The position numbers and the translations under genes were made by a program. Source: Antedon mediterranea (lineage: Eukaryota; Animalia; Echinodermata). From it: DNA of 64,000 nt. The notes below the pieces were generated by a model. The model was given only the letters and a program-made list of their open reading frames with translations. It was not told the DNA's origin and did no database searches. Numbering within the stretch: position 1 is the stretch's first letter; each line of letters begins with the position of its first letter. Positions 39,926 to 53,700 of this stretch are shown in pieces. The stretch covers positions 2,634,201-2,698,200 of the forward strand of contig NC_092679.1 of NCBI RefSeq assembly GCF_964355755.1, written 5' to 3'.

Positions 39926-42900
39926 ATAATGTGTACAAGTCCCAATCATTTCACAGATCCTTAACATACACTGCTAAAAAGGCTGCAAATCCCACTCCCC
40001 ATTTCTAAGCAAGGTAGCACGGGTAGTAGCTTCCAAAATACTTTCCCTCCGCCAATTCAGGCTTTTACTTCTTACATTGAGGTTTACCACAAGTTCAAAC
40101 TTCTTCATGCATTTTACCAATGCTCACTTTAGTCCAAATAAATAAAACAAATATGCACACAAATCCAAACCAAATGCTTGCTCTACTGCTGCTAAAAATG
40201 AACACATCTTGCCACTACTAAATGATACATGAAGTGCAGTCAGCGATACAATGCTTTTGATTTCTGAAAAGTGAGCAGAAAAGTATAGTTTGCCCCAAAC
40301 CCCCCTATACGATTGATTTCATGCTGATCTTGTGACAATAATAAATAATTATTAATCCATGCGAACACAAGGATACAATTGTTTAGCGGTTATTACAAAC
40401 GATTATCATACCTGTTATTATTAAGAAGAAACCATTTGAAATATATACAGTGGTGCTATCCTTATCGGATTCTACAGCAATGCTGTGAGAAGACATCGCA
40501 AAGCTAATTGTATTATAGTAGATTGTTCAAACATATAGTGTTATTATCTGGAAGTACAGAATAAGAAACAAAATCCCTCCGCATACACCCAATGATATGT
40601 ATATCAAATACAGTGCTAACAAAATGAAAAACGAGTTATTATCTAAAGCAGTAACCAAAAGGTTGGGTTAATTTAGGATGAAAACAAAAAATAAACACAC
40701 GCAAATGATACAATGTTTTTTGCAAAACTAGCAACGCTTTTCAGAAAGTAATCGGCCAATGTAATTAAACAAAATGTTCAGTGTTGTAACACCTAAAGCC
40801 ATAAATCGTTAAAAAGGTAGATGATTAAGAACTAAAAGTACAAGCAACTCACAGTTGATACTCATGTTAGTTTGCGATAGTAGTAGTAGTAGTAGTGATG
40901 GAAGAAAGCTTCAAATGTGCTTGGTTCTTTTGACTATAGAGTTATACAATGTGTAGATAGATATATCTGGCAGTAGGTGGTGGAAATGTCATTTTCTAAC
41001 AGCACAGACAGGCAGGTTTTGTCACCTGAAGAGCAAAAATGAACTAAAACAAGCCCACCCCTCATGCAACAAGTTTATGGTAAAACAAACACTAAATTAA
41101 ATTGAAAATCAAGAAACCATGAAATTAAAACACATTGTGCAAATTATAGGTTCTATCCAAGATTATGATATACAATACAAAAGTTCTTTTGGTAAATACA
41201 AACTACTGTTTTTATATACACGCACGAAAAAAAAAACACGAAGTATTTGTTTGAAGGGGAAAACTCACAGTTATGGAAATCAAACGCTTGAAAATCACTG
41301 AAAATGTCTTGCTCAAAACCATAAACCCTTGGCAACCTACATAACACAAATACAAAAAGATTCCACCCACATTCCCTACAGCCAACCCCATTAAAATTCT
41401 TACAAATTACTGACAAAACCAATATATATGTTCAAACTAGTAAGTAAAATACAGTATACCTTTTTTCATCCGCGTTTATTTCTGACAAACACCAACAATA
41501 AATTGGTCATCGCTTTTATTTAACAAAGCTGTAGTAAGCTCCAAAGAGAGGAGAAATTCACCAAAAATAATAGGTCTTGATAATCTCTGAAGAATATCTT
41601 TCTCGCACCATTAAATCTTGTTAACCTACATAACACAAATATAAAAAAATTCCACCCACGTACCCTACAGCCAACCCCATTAGAGTTCTTACAAATTACT
41701 AACGAAACCAATATGGTAGCATTAACATAGTAAATTAAACAATTTATCATTACATATACCTTTTTGCGTCTGCGTTTATTTACGAATTCATACACCGATA
41801 GAAATGCCGGTTTGATTACGATTTTGTCCTGTAGGATATAAAAAAATACAAACTCCCTCTCCCAAAATATTTACAACACTTTCAATGGTTAGGATGAAAA
41901 CATACAAGTTTGCTTACATACAAAATGTGAAATATCTGTGCCACATCAACTTGGTTCTTTTTCAATTCGTTGTATGCAACTGTCCACAAACCTATATGGA
42001 GAAACTAACAGAAACCAACCCGTTTTTTACACTCCCAACCCCGTTATTGCACAACATTTTATGCTAAATACAGTACATTACAAAATGTTACCTTTATGCA
42101 AGTTGAAACAATTCATGCATATACCTTTCATTATGGATTGTTCTTCTTGAACTACGACTATAACGCGTAAAACTGACAAACTACCGCAACACTTGCATTT
42201 TGAAACCTGTGTAAACACAAGATAAAAAGGAAAGGGAAAGAAAAAAAAAAAACACGGCGATATCTCCTAGAACCAAACGACGACTTCAGAACAGAGTCTT
42301 CTCAATTTCCAATGATTTCCCAATGATAGCCAACTTATACAACACCACACCTCATGTTTCGTTTAATACTCCAGGGACGTAATCGCTCAACGACTTAGAT
42401 CTGTAAAATTTTGAGAAAAAAACCCACATCCCCAACAGCCTACCCATGGTTATGTTTAAATACAAAATATTTACTGGCGAATACGTAATTTAAAACGACC
42501 TATTCCTACTTGCAACACTACTTGCGAATCTTCTATCATAATTCCTACTTTTCCATACCGTAGTACTCGCTCACTTTCTTGCAATTTAGTATTAAGCGGT
42601 GTCGAAGCTTTTTGTACGTTGAGAAAATAATTTGTTATGAAAATGCTACCGAGATAAAAGATAATCATTTTATTACGCTCCCCACCCCATCACAAACAAC
42701 GAAAAACAACTAGACAAATCACATCTATCGACTTCCTTTGAACCTTACTTGAAAAACCTGAACTTGAGGAGACTTGGATGTTCAGAACTTTCTTAATCAT
42801 TACCAAGATAGCGGTTTTACAGACGACATAAAGTTCAACCTGTATAGCGACAAAAATATAAAAAAAATATTCCCCAAACCCATTTCCCTTGTGTTGATGT

Positions 42901-44754
42901 ACAGTATTAATGAATAACTGTTACTGTTGATAATTTCAAATTTGCATGGATATTGAAAACCTGTAGATAATATGGGAAAGAAAAAACAAACAAACAAACA
43001 AAACAAACAAGTCTTCTTGGGTCCCACTACAATCAACACCTCATCCTAATACACCATTCCAACATCAGAAAAGTTAATCTTGCAATAGGTACTACTACAC
43101 TGCTGCAATGGGTACATCTCTATGAAAACAAAGACATATAATTGTCTCCCGCCCTCCCCGATGCTTCGACAACAATTAAACTTGAAAAACCATCTAATTT
43201 GCAAACTTGAGGCTTACTTGATACTTCTAATCTATGAACTTGTTAAAAGATCTTGCTTAATGGAATCACTCGCACACAAACTCATCAAGTTTTCCAAAGC
43301 CGGTGTGGACGACATGTTTAAGTGTATTCAACTTGAAATTCAAATCTAAATAACACTGGAAAAAGAGAAAAAAGGAACCAACCCACTTCCCAACAGCCAA
43401 CCCTCATTTTATGAAACTTTAAATTAAACAAATCCATTTTACTTAATACAGTACATATCTTATGCTACTGGGTGGGCACACTTGCCTTTTTTCCCCTTCA
43501 CACTTTACTATTTCTGTAAGCAACACAAGACTTTCTTCCTACGAAGATGAAATATCCAAACCTAGACAAGAAACAAACACAACCAACCCATTTTCCCAAC
43601 AGCCAACCCTCTCGAGTAAAGTTCAACCCAAATTTTATGCCTTTTTAAAAAATAACCTACTGGTTTTAGGAACAGTTTCAAACTTGAATGGCAGGAGTTG
43701 GAACCTGTAGAAAATACAAAGAGAAAAAAAACCAAACTGCGACCGTTAACCATTTGCATCCCGAGAAGCTTGGTAAACCATTTTATGGCAGATTGATAGA
43801 GTAGCAGATTCAAATGCTCTTGTAACTTGAACAAATTCTTCACTAGAAGCTATTTAAAAAAGAACAGACAAAAATCATTGTTCCCCACCCTCCCTCAAAG
43901 ATTCACTACGAAAACAAAAACATGCACAAACTCCAATCCAAGGCTTACTTGAAATCTATGTACTGTACACTCGCGCATTTAGTTTGTAGACTTGATTGAT
44001 ATCTTCACACTGTTTCCAACACACCCAAGGTCTCTTTTACAAACTTCAATGAGAGGGTTTTTTTTTAACCTAATATCAAAATGGAGATAAAAAAGAAAAC
44101 TAGCTCCCCACATCCCAATTTTCACCATTCGGTTTGAAACTGTAGATACATACATTATCTTTTGGCTTACGCAACAACGTTTACTCGACTCGCCCGGCTT
44201 TTATCTTGAAAACTTTTCATTCACGTAAAGTTTACTTGGTCAGAATAAGGTACAAGCTGTTTAACAATACAAGGAAACACGATGACCGCTACTATCAACG
44301 ACCTGAATAGTAGAAATCGGAAGATAGAAAAAAAAGAACCAACCCACTACCCCAACAACCAACCCTTTCTTTGTTAACATTTACTCTACTGTACAAAATT
44401 TAACACAAAAAACATGCCTCTTGCATGCACCAAAATACATAAAACAAATTAACTTCCAATTAATAAAACATATGACTATAGTTCTCTGGTTCTTATCAAT
44501 TATTTTAATTTCTTCTTTGCGACATAAATTATGTTATCTGAATTAAGACTCTTACCACGTGGGATGTCATGCCGGTAATTAGCCACGGTGAAAACCAATT
44601 TAGTTACGATTTAATAGTCAGGAATTTGAAGTAGAAAAAAAAATAAACAACCAAGATACTTATGTTTGAGAAGAATCCAGATTGGTCAACTTGTTTGAAA
44701 TATCGGTACGCATGGATTGGTAAGCTTTTCCAGAAAGACCGGTAACTTGTTTAA

Positions 44755-44960
44755 AGATTGGTACACTTGTTTTGAAAAGGTTGGTACACGAAAAGGTTGG
44801 TACACTTGTTTTGAAAAGGTTGGTACACGAAAAGGTTGGTACACTTGTTTTGAAAAGGTTGGTACACTTGTTTTGAAAAGGTTGGTACACTTGTTTTGAA
44901 AAGGTTGGTACACTTGTTTTGAAAAGGTTGGTACACTTGTTTTGAAAGATTGGTGAACTT
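44755..44960. repeat. 23-bp minisatellite with 16-bp variant
   Basis: GGTTGGTACACTTGTTTTGAAAA x~7 interspersed with GGTTGGTACACGAAAA x2. Confidence 0.92.
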
Positions 44961-46679
44961 GTCCGAAAACATGGGCTGCTAGGCTCGGTAACCTGCTGAA
45001 TTTGTAAGGCCGTTCACACTTAGTACCTGCTGAATCACCCCTGACAACCATGACTTGCAGGAATCTCGACTAAAAAGGCTAATGTTGCAGCTAGCTAGCT
45101 TGGCAATATTTTCCACTGGTGGGATATCCTAAATAGATAAAAAAACAGATTTTTCCCCACCCTCCCCAATATACTTTATGACAAACAATATCGATATTAC
45201 AATTAGCTCTACTTCTCTTACCCAATATCCAAAACTTAACCAGATGTTTTTAAATGTTCCAATTGAGTATCAGTACTTTCCATTTAGGGGTATAATAGAC
45301 GAGTCATACAATTTAGACACTCCCTCTCTCTATGGTATAGGTTCTAACTAAACCGGTTTCCGACGAATTTTTTAAAGCGCCTTCTTTCCGGGTTAAAAAG
45401 CTGTGACAAATCATCTACAAGGGGAAAACAAAGATGTTATTCGCCCACCCCACCCATTTACAAAATTACACGCAATAATAACGGAAACTTATTTTTAAAT
45501 CTATGTAAAATTCATTTTCGAGACTTATCTTTAAACTATTGAATCTTCTTCCATGTTCATGACACTTGTCAACTACCTACAACTAAGGTAAAAGAAATTG
45601 GTTATAACCCCCCGAACCCGTAATAAAAAATGTTACATTACTCTATACATTATGATTTAAACTTCGATTGACTAGTAGGTTTTCTGTAAAGGCTACTGTA
45701 CTGTCCTTAGGGTAAATAGTTGAATCCTCCAATTATAAATTATTAAAATATCTGCTTCTCGCGTTCTTGGCCCACTGGTTATTGGAAATTCCTAAATAAA
45801 AAATGAAAGATTATAATAGTAACACTGTACGATTTTTATCCAACTAGAACAATTTCAATTATTTTTGTCACATCCACGGTTCTTATCAATTGTAGGATTA
45901 CATTAAATAAAAAAATATGTTCAATGTTACAGATGAAAATAAACTAGGGCCTGGGCCTAAAAAAACAGTTATTATACTGTATGTAGGCCTCCTAGATTAG
46001 CCTTAGGCGACAAAAAACCAAGCATATAAACAGGTTAGGCTACTACCATGCCTTTTAAATATTCAAAATACACTGATAAAAAAACACAATTTAGGCTAAA
46101 TCGAAATACAATTTGAAAAACAACAGACTTCGTTGTTAATTTACCTGTCAATACATTGGGAATGTTCTTCGTCGATTTGCAATCAAAAGAAAACGTTACT
46201 TCAATAAAATCAATTCATTATTCGGCAACAAAAAATAGGATGGAACAAATCATGCCCATGGACATTGCAGACACAATTTCATCTTCAAAAAATAACCACT
46301 ATTTTCTCTTTCAGTTCCAACAATTTCTCCATGAAGTTGCTAAAATGCGACAGCACATAATCCTACATATCTCAAGAGCCAACAAAATAAAGCAAAACTG
46401 GTCTACAGATGGTAAAGATACCACTCGACGCCATTTTGAACTTCAGAATCTTCATCCCACAAAAACGATTAAATTTACTGCCTAAAACTAATTATTTAAC
46501 TAATTACTTGCTATAAGATTAATATTTACATATTACTTTATAAGAATTAATGAAAAATATGATCTAATATCACAACGAGCTCACAGTTTTTAGACGACTA
46601 CGAAAAGAATCAGACAACAATGAATGCGTTTCCAGACCACAACTAAACACAAGCATATTCAACGAATCCTAACAACGTT

Positions 46680-47100
46680 AACATGACGCTTTCTAATCGC
46701 CCACTCCTTTATATAGTAGCGTCTACCCTATCACTACCGTATCCATCCGACTAATCAAATAGTTCACCACACGGTAAAATTTTACCAAACTTACAAACAT
46801 TTTCAGTTAGTTTTATGACTCTAAACAAATATGACTTATTTTGTTATTAAATTGTTATAATAAATATTAGGTAATAAAATAATAATGCAAATAAATTGGC
46901 TACGCCTTGGCGGAATGTTATGTGATTATGCAAATTTTATCCGCCGGACGTTGGTGGAAACGTGTTGGATCAAGGAACGTTTGTATTAAACATGACGTCA
47001 TCATATATTATTGTCAACATCAAGGATCGATTTAGTTATTGCAAATAATTACGTCACAATGTCGCAACGTCATGTAACCACCAAAACACACGTCATTACA
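46680..47100 (-). promoter_or_regulatory. Pol II promoter: TATA + octamer + CRE/ATF cluster
   Basis: Minus-strand TATATAAAGG at 46706-46715; ATGCAAAT at 46885 and 46928; TGACGTCA at 46993, TTACGTCA at 47049, ACGTCA at 47067 and 47090. Confidence 0.6.
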
Positions 47101-48589
47101 TAGGTGATATTTTTAAACAACAATTACAGTAATACAGTTTTTGCATGAAAATTCTAGAAAATGTGAATGCTATTGATTGAGACTTGTAGGAATTGCTATA
47201 TAAATACCATGATAATACTTCTTTTTTTTTTACAAAAATAACCCTATCTATAATTATATTATATCCAGTTTAAATCGTTTATTCTGTTCAGGAGATAAAG
47301 TAATGTGTTTTTCTTTTAGACTTATACTGCCTTTTAATTAAATTGTTAAATTACTATTGTTAATGGGTATATATAATTTAATAGTAAAAAAAGTATACAT
47401 GTTTTATACTAGTAGTAGCAATATATATTTTTTTAAATAGTCAAAGACCCTAAATATCGCTAAAATTACATTACATTATTTGATCTTAAAATAACCAGGG
47501 AATAGTGTGTCATACCGTTTTCAACATAATCAATGTTAATTTCATGTTTAAAAGCATGTTGGGTATTTCCAAATTTGGTTTACCATTAATTACTGTAGGC
47601 CAATCAGCAAAGGAAATAGCAAAAATGACATAAATTTGTCTGTATATCAAATTTGGCAGTAAAGTCATTAATGTCCTGGCTTCAAATACAAACGGAAGAA
47701 GAATAATGTTTTAATGAAAAATGATTGACATTGAAGGAAATTATGACAAACTGTCTATTTCCCTTTCCGTCTAAGACGTGTGTTTTATTTTTGTGAAAGT
47801 TGTGAAAAAATATTCTATACTAGATATTATACACCAATAAAAATAATTATGTAAATTGCAAAACCAGATAAAACCAGTTCGAAGTTTTTTATTTTAGCAA
47901 GATGATCTATATCACATTTTAATAACTACAGTATATAATACAGAGTTTTCTGCATTTGGCTGGCACTATGATAGGAAGCTATGCAGCCTAAATGACGACA
48001 CTAATATGGAGGTGCTAATGGGGGTACCCTCACTCACCTTCATTTGTTTACAGGTGGCATAACATAATGGGTTATTGTGTAAAAATAATACATTGTTGTA
48101 TGTCCAAACAAAGTGATTCATACAATTTAGCAACGCCCTTTGAGTGGGAGGGCATGTGAAGATGGTCTATTACATTTTGTCAACATTTGTTTAAATCTAT
48201 TAATAATCATTGGTATAACCAGGGATCTCCCTGGTATAACAAATAATTTCATTTTACTAAATTCATGGCTAAATGATAAGCCTGAACACATATGATGAAC
48301 ATAATTCTGAAGAGAAACTATTTAATGGTTAATTCCATTTTTCATTAAAATGTCAACAAACACAAACATGTAATTCAATCAATGTTACGATATACAGTTC
48401 ACGGTGCCGACTGTGATGTAGTAAAATGCTCTTTTATTACATTAACAGCGAGAAACTGAAAACACAAAAAGCATAATTCAGCATAAGCTAGTGTATTAAC
48501 CAAACAACATGTTGTGTACCACACGCCCAGGGTATCATGTAGTCACTCCCTTGATGCTGATAAGATTATTACATTAAATACAGTAGCTT

Positions 48590-49035
48590 CAGACATCATC
48601 CCTGGGTATGATGTAGTCCCTGGATATCACAGTAAATAACTTGTACCAGACATTACCCTGAGTAGAATGTAGTCCCTGGATATTAGGATCACAGTAAATA
48701 ACTTGTACCAGACATTAAACCTGGGTAAAATGTAGTCCTTGGATATTAGGATCACAGTAAATAACTTGTACCAGACATCATCCCATTAAACCTGGGTAGA
48801 ATGTTAGTCCGACTCCCTGGATATTAGGATCACAGTAAATAGCTTGTACCAGACACCATCCCTGGGTAGAATGTAGTCCCTGGATATTTGGATCACAGTA
48901 ATACTAGCTTGGACCAGACATCATCCCTCGATATAATGTAAGTCCCTGGATATTGGGATCACAGTAAATAGGTTATGTACCAGCCATCATCCATGGATAT
49001 AATATAGTCCCTGGATATTTGGGTCACAGTAGTAG
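48590..49035. repeat. ~60-bp minisatellite x~7
   Basis: CAGACATCATCCCTGGGTAGAATGTAGTCCCTGGATATTAGGATCACAGTAAATAACTTGTAC tandem units. Confidence 0.9.
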
Positions 49036-49336
49036 TAAATACCTTATCTTGATATGACAGACAGCCAATCTTTATCAATACAGTAGTACTAGTATGATAG
49101 TTATGGAGGTCCTTCATAATCTTTGTATTGATCAGTTGGTCCAAAGTTAAAAAGGTGATGACCATCAGACGAAGGTAATACGCTGACCTTGACCATCAAG
49201 ATGATAATGAGTTCACCTTCACCATCAAGATGTCTTGAATTCCAACCAGAAAATACCTTGACCATCAAGATGTCATGAATTCAAACTAGAAATGGTTTTT
49301 TTTGTCTTGCATTATTGTGCCACTTTTTAAATGTAA

Positions 49337-49449
49337 AGCTCTGTCTACACTGTCAAACTAGTTTGAAAAAAAAAAATGTGATGTACCCAAATGGAAATAC
49401 AGTACCCCAAATATGGTAATATGGTATGGTGATATGACATCATCATGTC
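49337..49449. mobile_element. MITE family A, left half (interrupted by LTR element)
   Basis: Starts with TIR AGCTCTGTCTACAC and stops at CATCATGTC; continues at 57120. Confidence 0.85.
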
Positions 49450-50563
49450 TGTACAGAAAAGGTCGGACGACTACACACAGGTTAGCAAATGAGTAGATAT
49501 ACCACGGGAATAAGTTTGAGATGAATCTGTTTATTAAACGTCTCATTCAATTCTACAAATAAATACAGAAAAGAATCATAAACAACCTTTAACCTTATAC
49601 CATAGCATATAACCTCAATAATCATTTACAAATCTCCATACCAACATTCAATCATAAATAAACTGTTAAAAGCATAATCAAATATAAACAATACTAAGTA
49701 TTAAAATACAGATACAATAATGTTTCTCATACACTTGTCATTAATGTTCTTGGTAACTTTCATCATAATACCACATTTTACATAGATTTTAACATGACTC
49801 ACAACTTTGCCGGGCATAAATACTTCCAGATTATACAGCGTACAGTTTCTACAGTTACGTTCTCAGGTTAGCAAAAGCACATGAATAACTCCATAGCCTA
49901 AAACAATATAATTATATTCATTATGTATCAATATCCCTGCTTAACTCATACGTATAAACAAACCTCCATTCAGAACAAAAAGCAACTCTGATCTATAAAT
50001 AATGTTAACCTACAGCAAAGTTAAGTCGACGCGAGGTCAGATACGAATCACTCATGCGTGACGGATCAAATTCAGAGTGAACATTCTTATGCAACCGGTC
50101 TATACCTAGAAATTCTAAGTTACATACATAGCATCTAAAGAATCAACATTATCATGTGAACCAATATATCGGATACTAAATTTAGCCTAAATATATTTTA
50201 GGAATATTACAAAATGTTTCGGTCTATCATCATAACAACCTTGTCTTATATAGTCTACCGTATCACTCAAAATGGCGGCTACCACGATGCAGCACATGTT
50301 CAAGATAAATCTCATAATTAAAGGCAAAATATCGTAACTATGACTAAACAAATAGTATCACATAAATATAATAAACTTACATTTATCATTGTAATTTACA
50401 CAAGCAATCGTACGGAACAGATCACGGAAATATAGACGGAATTTCCGGACAGCTCAATTACACATGTCTACAGTAACTCGACTATAGCTGAACTGTACCA
50501 CACAACCGTAGGTGGCAGCAAATATTACTCGATCGTATATAAGATTATCGCAATAATCCTACA
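49450..50563 (-). repeat. 3' LTR (1114 bp)
   Basis: Direct repeat of 56006-57119; no difference found by eye. Confidence 0.96.
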
Positions 50564-50765
50564 CTCCCCCCGATAATGAGGAAATCTCATTATAACAAAA
50601 CATTTATAACATTTCAAAAGATCAACTAAATAAAGGCAACTACATGATACAAATACAATATCTCTAAACTAAGCAAGTCGTGTATTAAACTTAAACAGAT
50701 TAATAATTTAATACAAAGAAACTAATCCATCTTAGCTCAGCTGTGATACTTCAATACAGTATAGC

Positions 50766-53700
50766 TTAATGCTTCCATTCCTCCAGTTTGATCAATTTTA
50801 CGACTGGACGTTTGTATACCTTTTCTTTCATTTTCACATCCGCTACCCTTACTCGTCCATCTGCACTGGGATGAACTTTCAGTACTTCTCCTGTTAACCA
50901 ATCTCCTCTCTGTGCTTGGTTGTCAACAACTAACACCTGGTCACCCTCCTTCAAGTTTTCTGTCTCTTTATCCCATTTCTGTCTGATTTGTTGACTTGGT
51001 AAATATTCCGATACAAACTTTTTCCAAAATAAGTCAATGATAAGCTGACTATGGCGCCATTGCTTCTTGCTTTTGATTTCTTGAGGACTGACTAATGAAA
51101 ATGGTAAAGATGGGTCACGCCTACCCATTAACAGAACATTCGGAGTAACCGGATCAGCATCGGAAACATTGGATGATGCATAACCCAGCGGCTTTGAGTT
51201 CATTAGGCCTTCCACTTCAACTATCACTGTCTGCAACACAACTTCCGTTACTACTCGATCTTTCAAGGAACACTTAATGGCATTCTTCACCGACTTAACC
51301 TCTCTTTCCCAGACGCCTCCGAAGTGTGGTGCGTTGGGAGGATTAAATTTAAACTCTACCTGTTGTTGTGCTAGTTTCTCTTGCAAAGCTGGGCTCATAG
51401 CCTTGAAGCACTCATGCAATTCTCTTTCCGCTCCCCTGAAGTTTGTTCCACAATCGGAGTACAATTCCTTCGGGACTCCTTTGCGAGACACGAATCGTCT
51501 AAACGCCATGATAAAAGCATCTGTATTCATGTTATGAAGAATCTCCAAATGAACTGCCTTAGTCGTCATACACTTAAAAACTAATCCCCATCGTTTTTCT
51601 TGGGATCTTCTAACCTTCACCATCATAGGACCCCAACAGTCCATTCCAGTAGAAAAAAATGGTGGTTTACCAATTCTTAGTCTAGCTTCTGGAAGTTCTG
51701 CCATCTTAGGGGTTTCTGGTCCCTTCCTCCATTTCTGACATTCAATGCATTTACTTAATTCAGACTTGATTTGGCTTCTTCCCTTTAGGATCCAGTACTT
51801 TCTTCTTAAGTACGCGAAAACTTGATTAGGTCCTGCGCTGTGATTGAATACATTAGCATCCGCCCTTCTAATTAGCAATTTGGTGATGCGATGTTTCGGA
51901 TCCAATAGTATTGGGTGAACATCCAAGTCTATTTTCTCTACATTTCTAAGCCGTCCTCCTACTCTGATCACTTCATTCTCTGCTTCCAACATAGGATCCA
52001 AGTTACATATACGGCTATTACTCTGGACACCTTTACCATTTCGAAGCAATTGTAATTCCTCTGCGAAACATTCTCTTTGTACCCTTCGCAAAAGTAGTAA
52101 CTCAATGTCCCTGACTTTATAGACATCCAGTGCTGGTGAATCATCACCATAGATTCTCCTTCTATAGACTTCCAACATTTCTTCCCACGTTTCACAGTTA
52201 TCAATCTCCACCTCCGGTCTCACTTGCTTTATCTCTACATTTCCAGTAAATTTTACAAGCTTTATTTCACTGTCATCGTCTTCCACTCTCAAATTCTCTT
52301 GTTCCCACTCATGCATTGGACTCTGCAGGAATGGCGGCCCTCTTATCCATCTTCCATTTAAGTTTGTCACTGGAATTCCCCTAGAAACATCGTCAGCCGG
52401 GTTTTCCACTCCGGACACGTGTCTCCAATTCTCAGGTTTCGTTTTGTTCTGTATTTCCAGTACTCTCGTACCTACAAATTGCTTATAGCAGCATGATGGC
52501 TTTTTTAACCAACCCAACACTATCATGCTGTCTGTGAAGAACAATACATCTGTTAATGGCAGCGATGATTCATCAGTTATAGATTTACCCATTCTAGCAG
52601 CCATAACTGCGGCTTGTAACTCTAGTCTTGGGATGGTCAACTTTTTTAGCGGTGCCACTCGAGACTTTGCAGTAACGAATCTTGTTTTGAATAAACCATC
52701 CTGCAGTCTCCATCTCAGGTAAGCACAGGCCCCATACGCCTTTTCAGATGCATCACAGAAAATTATCAATTGCGCGTCAGTAGAATTATCCGGAGTCAGA
52801 CATCTTGGCAGCTTGATTTCACTTGCATTGTTGAGTTCTTTTAGTAATATTCTCCATTCTTGTTGAGTTTCATTAGGCAGGTCTTCATCCCAGTTAACAC
52901 CTGACTTCCATAGTTCTTGCATCTTTATTTTCAGCTTCACAACCACTGGCGCCAAAAATCCAATTGGATCGAAAACTTGCGCAATCATACCCAACGCCTT
53001 TCTCTTTGTTACTACTGCATTCGTAATGTCATCATCTAGCTTCACCTTAACCTTCAGTGTATCATCCGCGTAGTTCCATGAGACACCCAGAACCTTTTGT
53101 TCCTTATCTTTTCTTTCTTCATTGTTTAGCGGTTTGTTTGATATCCATTCTTTGATATTAAATCCTCCGTTGCCTAACACGGCATCCATCTGTTTGGTTA
53201 GGGTTTTCGCCTCTTCGATCGTTGTCACCGAAACACATATGTCATCCATGTACGTCTCGTTCTTCAACACATGCGCAGCTCTTGGATACATTTCCTCACC
53301 CTCTTTGGCGGTTAACCTGAGAGCAGTTTGCGCCATCGCCGCAGCTGGCTTATCCCCAAATGTCAACACTTGCATAACATAGGTATCAGGATCTCGATCA
53401 GAATTAAGATCTCGCCACAAGTATCTGTGTACGTGCTGGTCCATTTCTGGTATCAGCACTCGGTGGTACATCTTTGAAATGTCCCCACAGACAGCAACTT
53501 CTCTTTCACGAAACCGCATCAGCACCCCACTCAGATTGTTCAATAGATCTGGACCTTTCATCCAGTACTCATTGATCGCTTCCCCCTGGCATCGGTTTGC
53601 CGAGTTGAATACAATCCTCACGGGTGTACTCTTATTTTCAGCCCTGACTACCGCATGATGTGGTAAGTAATGAACAGGTCCCTGATATAATTTCATTTCC

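Larger units (their letters stand above)
39000..46680 (-). ncRNA. Putative multi-exon long non-coding RNA (about 20 or more exons)
   Basis: Pyrimidine-tract+AG acceptors every ~140-400 bp on the minus strand, most preceded by G-runs, with matching GT donors; two exons tested have stops in all three frames; TATA box upstream. The 3' end is undefined. Confidence 0.5.

Noticed and set aside
40877-40897. (AGT)n resembling a Polinton terminus
   Set aside because: Isolated microsatellite with no matching TIR, pPolB or integrase.
44660-45051. Overlapping ORFs of 60-121 aa with repeated peptides
   Set aside because: Artefacts of the stop-free 23-bp minisatellite; open in several frames on both strands.
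46156-46485. 109-aa plus-strand ORF
   Set aside because: No recognisable motif, non-ATG start in the ORF track, and antisense to the predicted second exon of the minus-strand transcript.
35161-47123. AAACAACAA (35161, 47115) or CATTACA (35449, 47094) as target-site duplication of the 12 kb block
   Set aside because: Short low-complexity matches expected by chance; no TIRs adjoin them.
48590-49035. CRISPR-like array
   Set aside because: Head-to-tail repeats without unique spacers, no cas genes, eukaryotic context; the same applies to 38805-39020 and 39679-39925.
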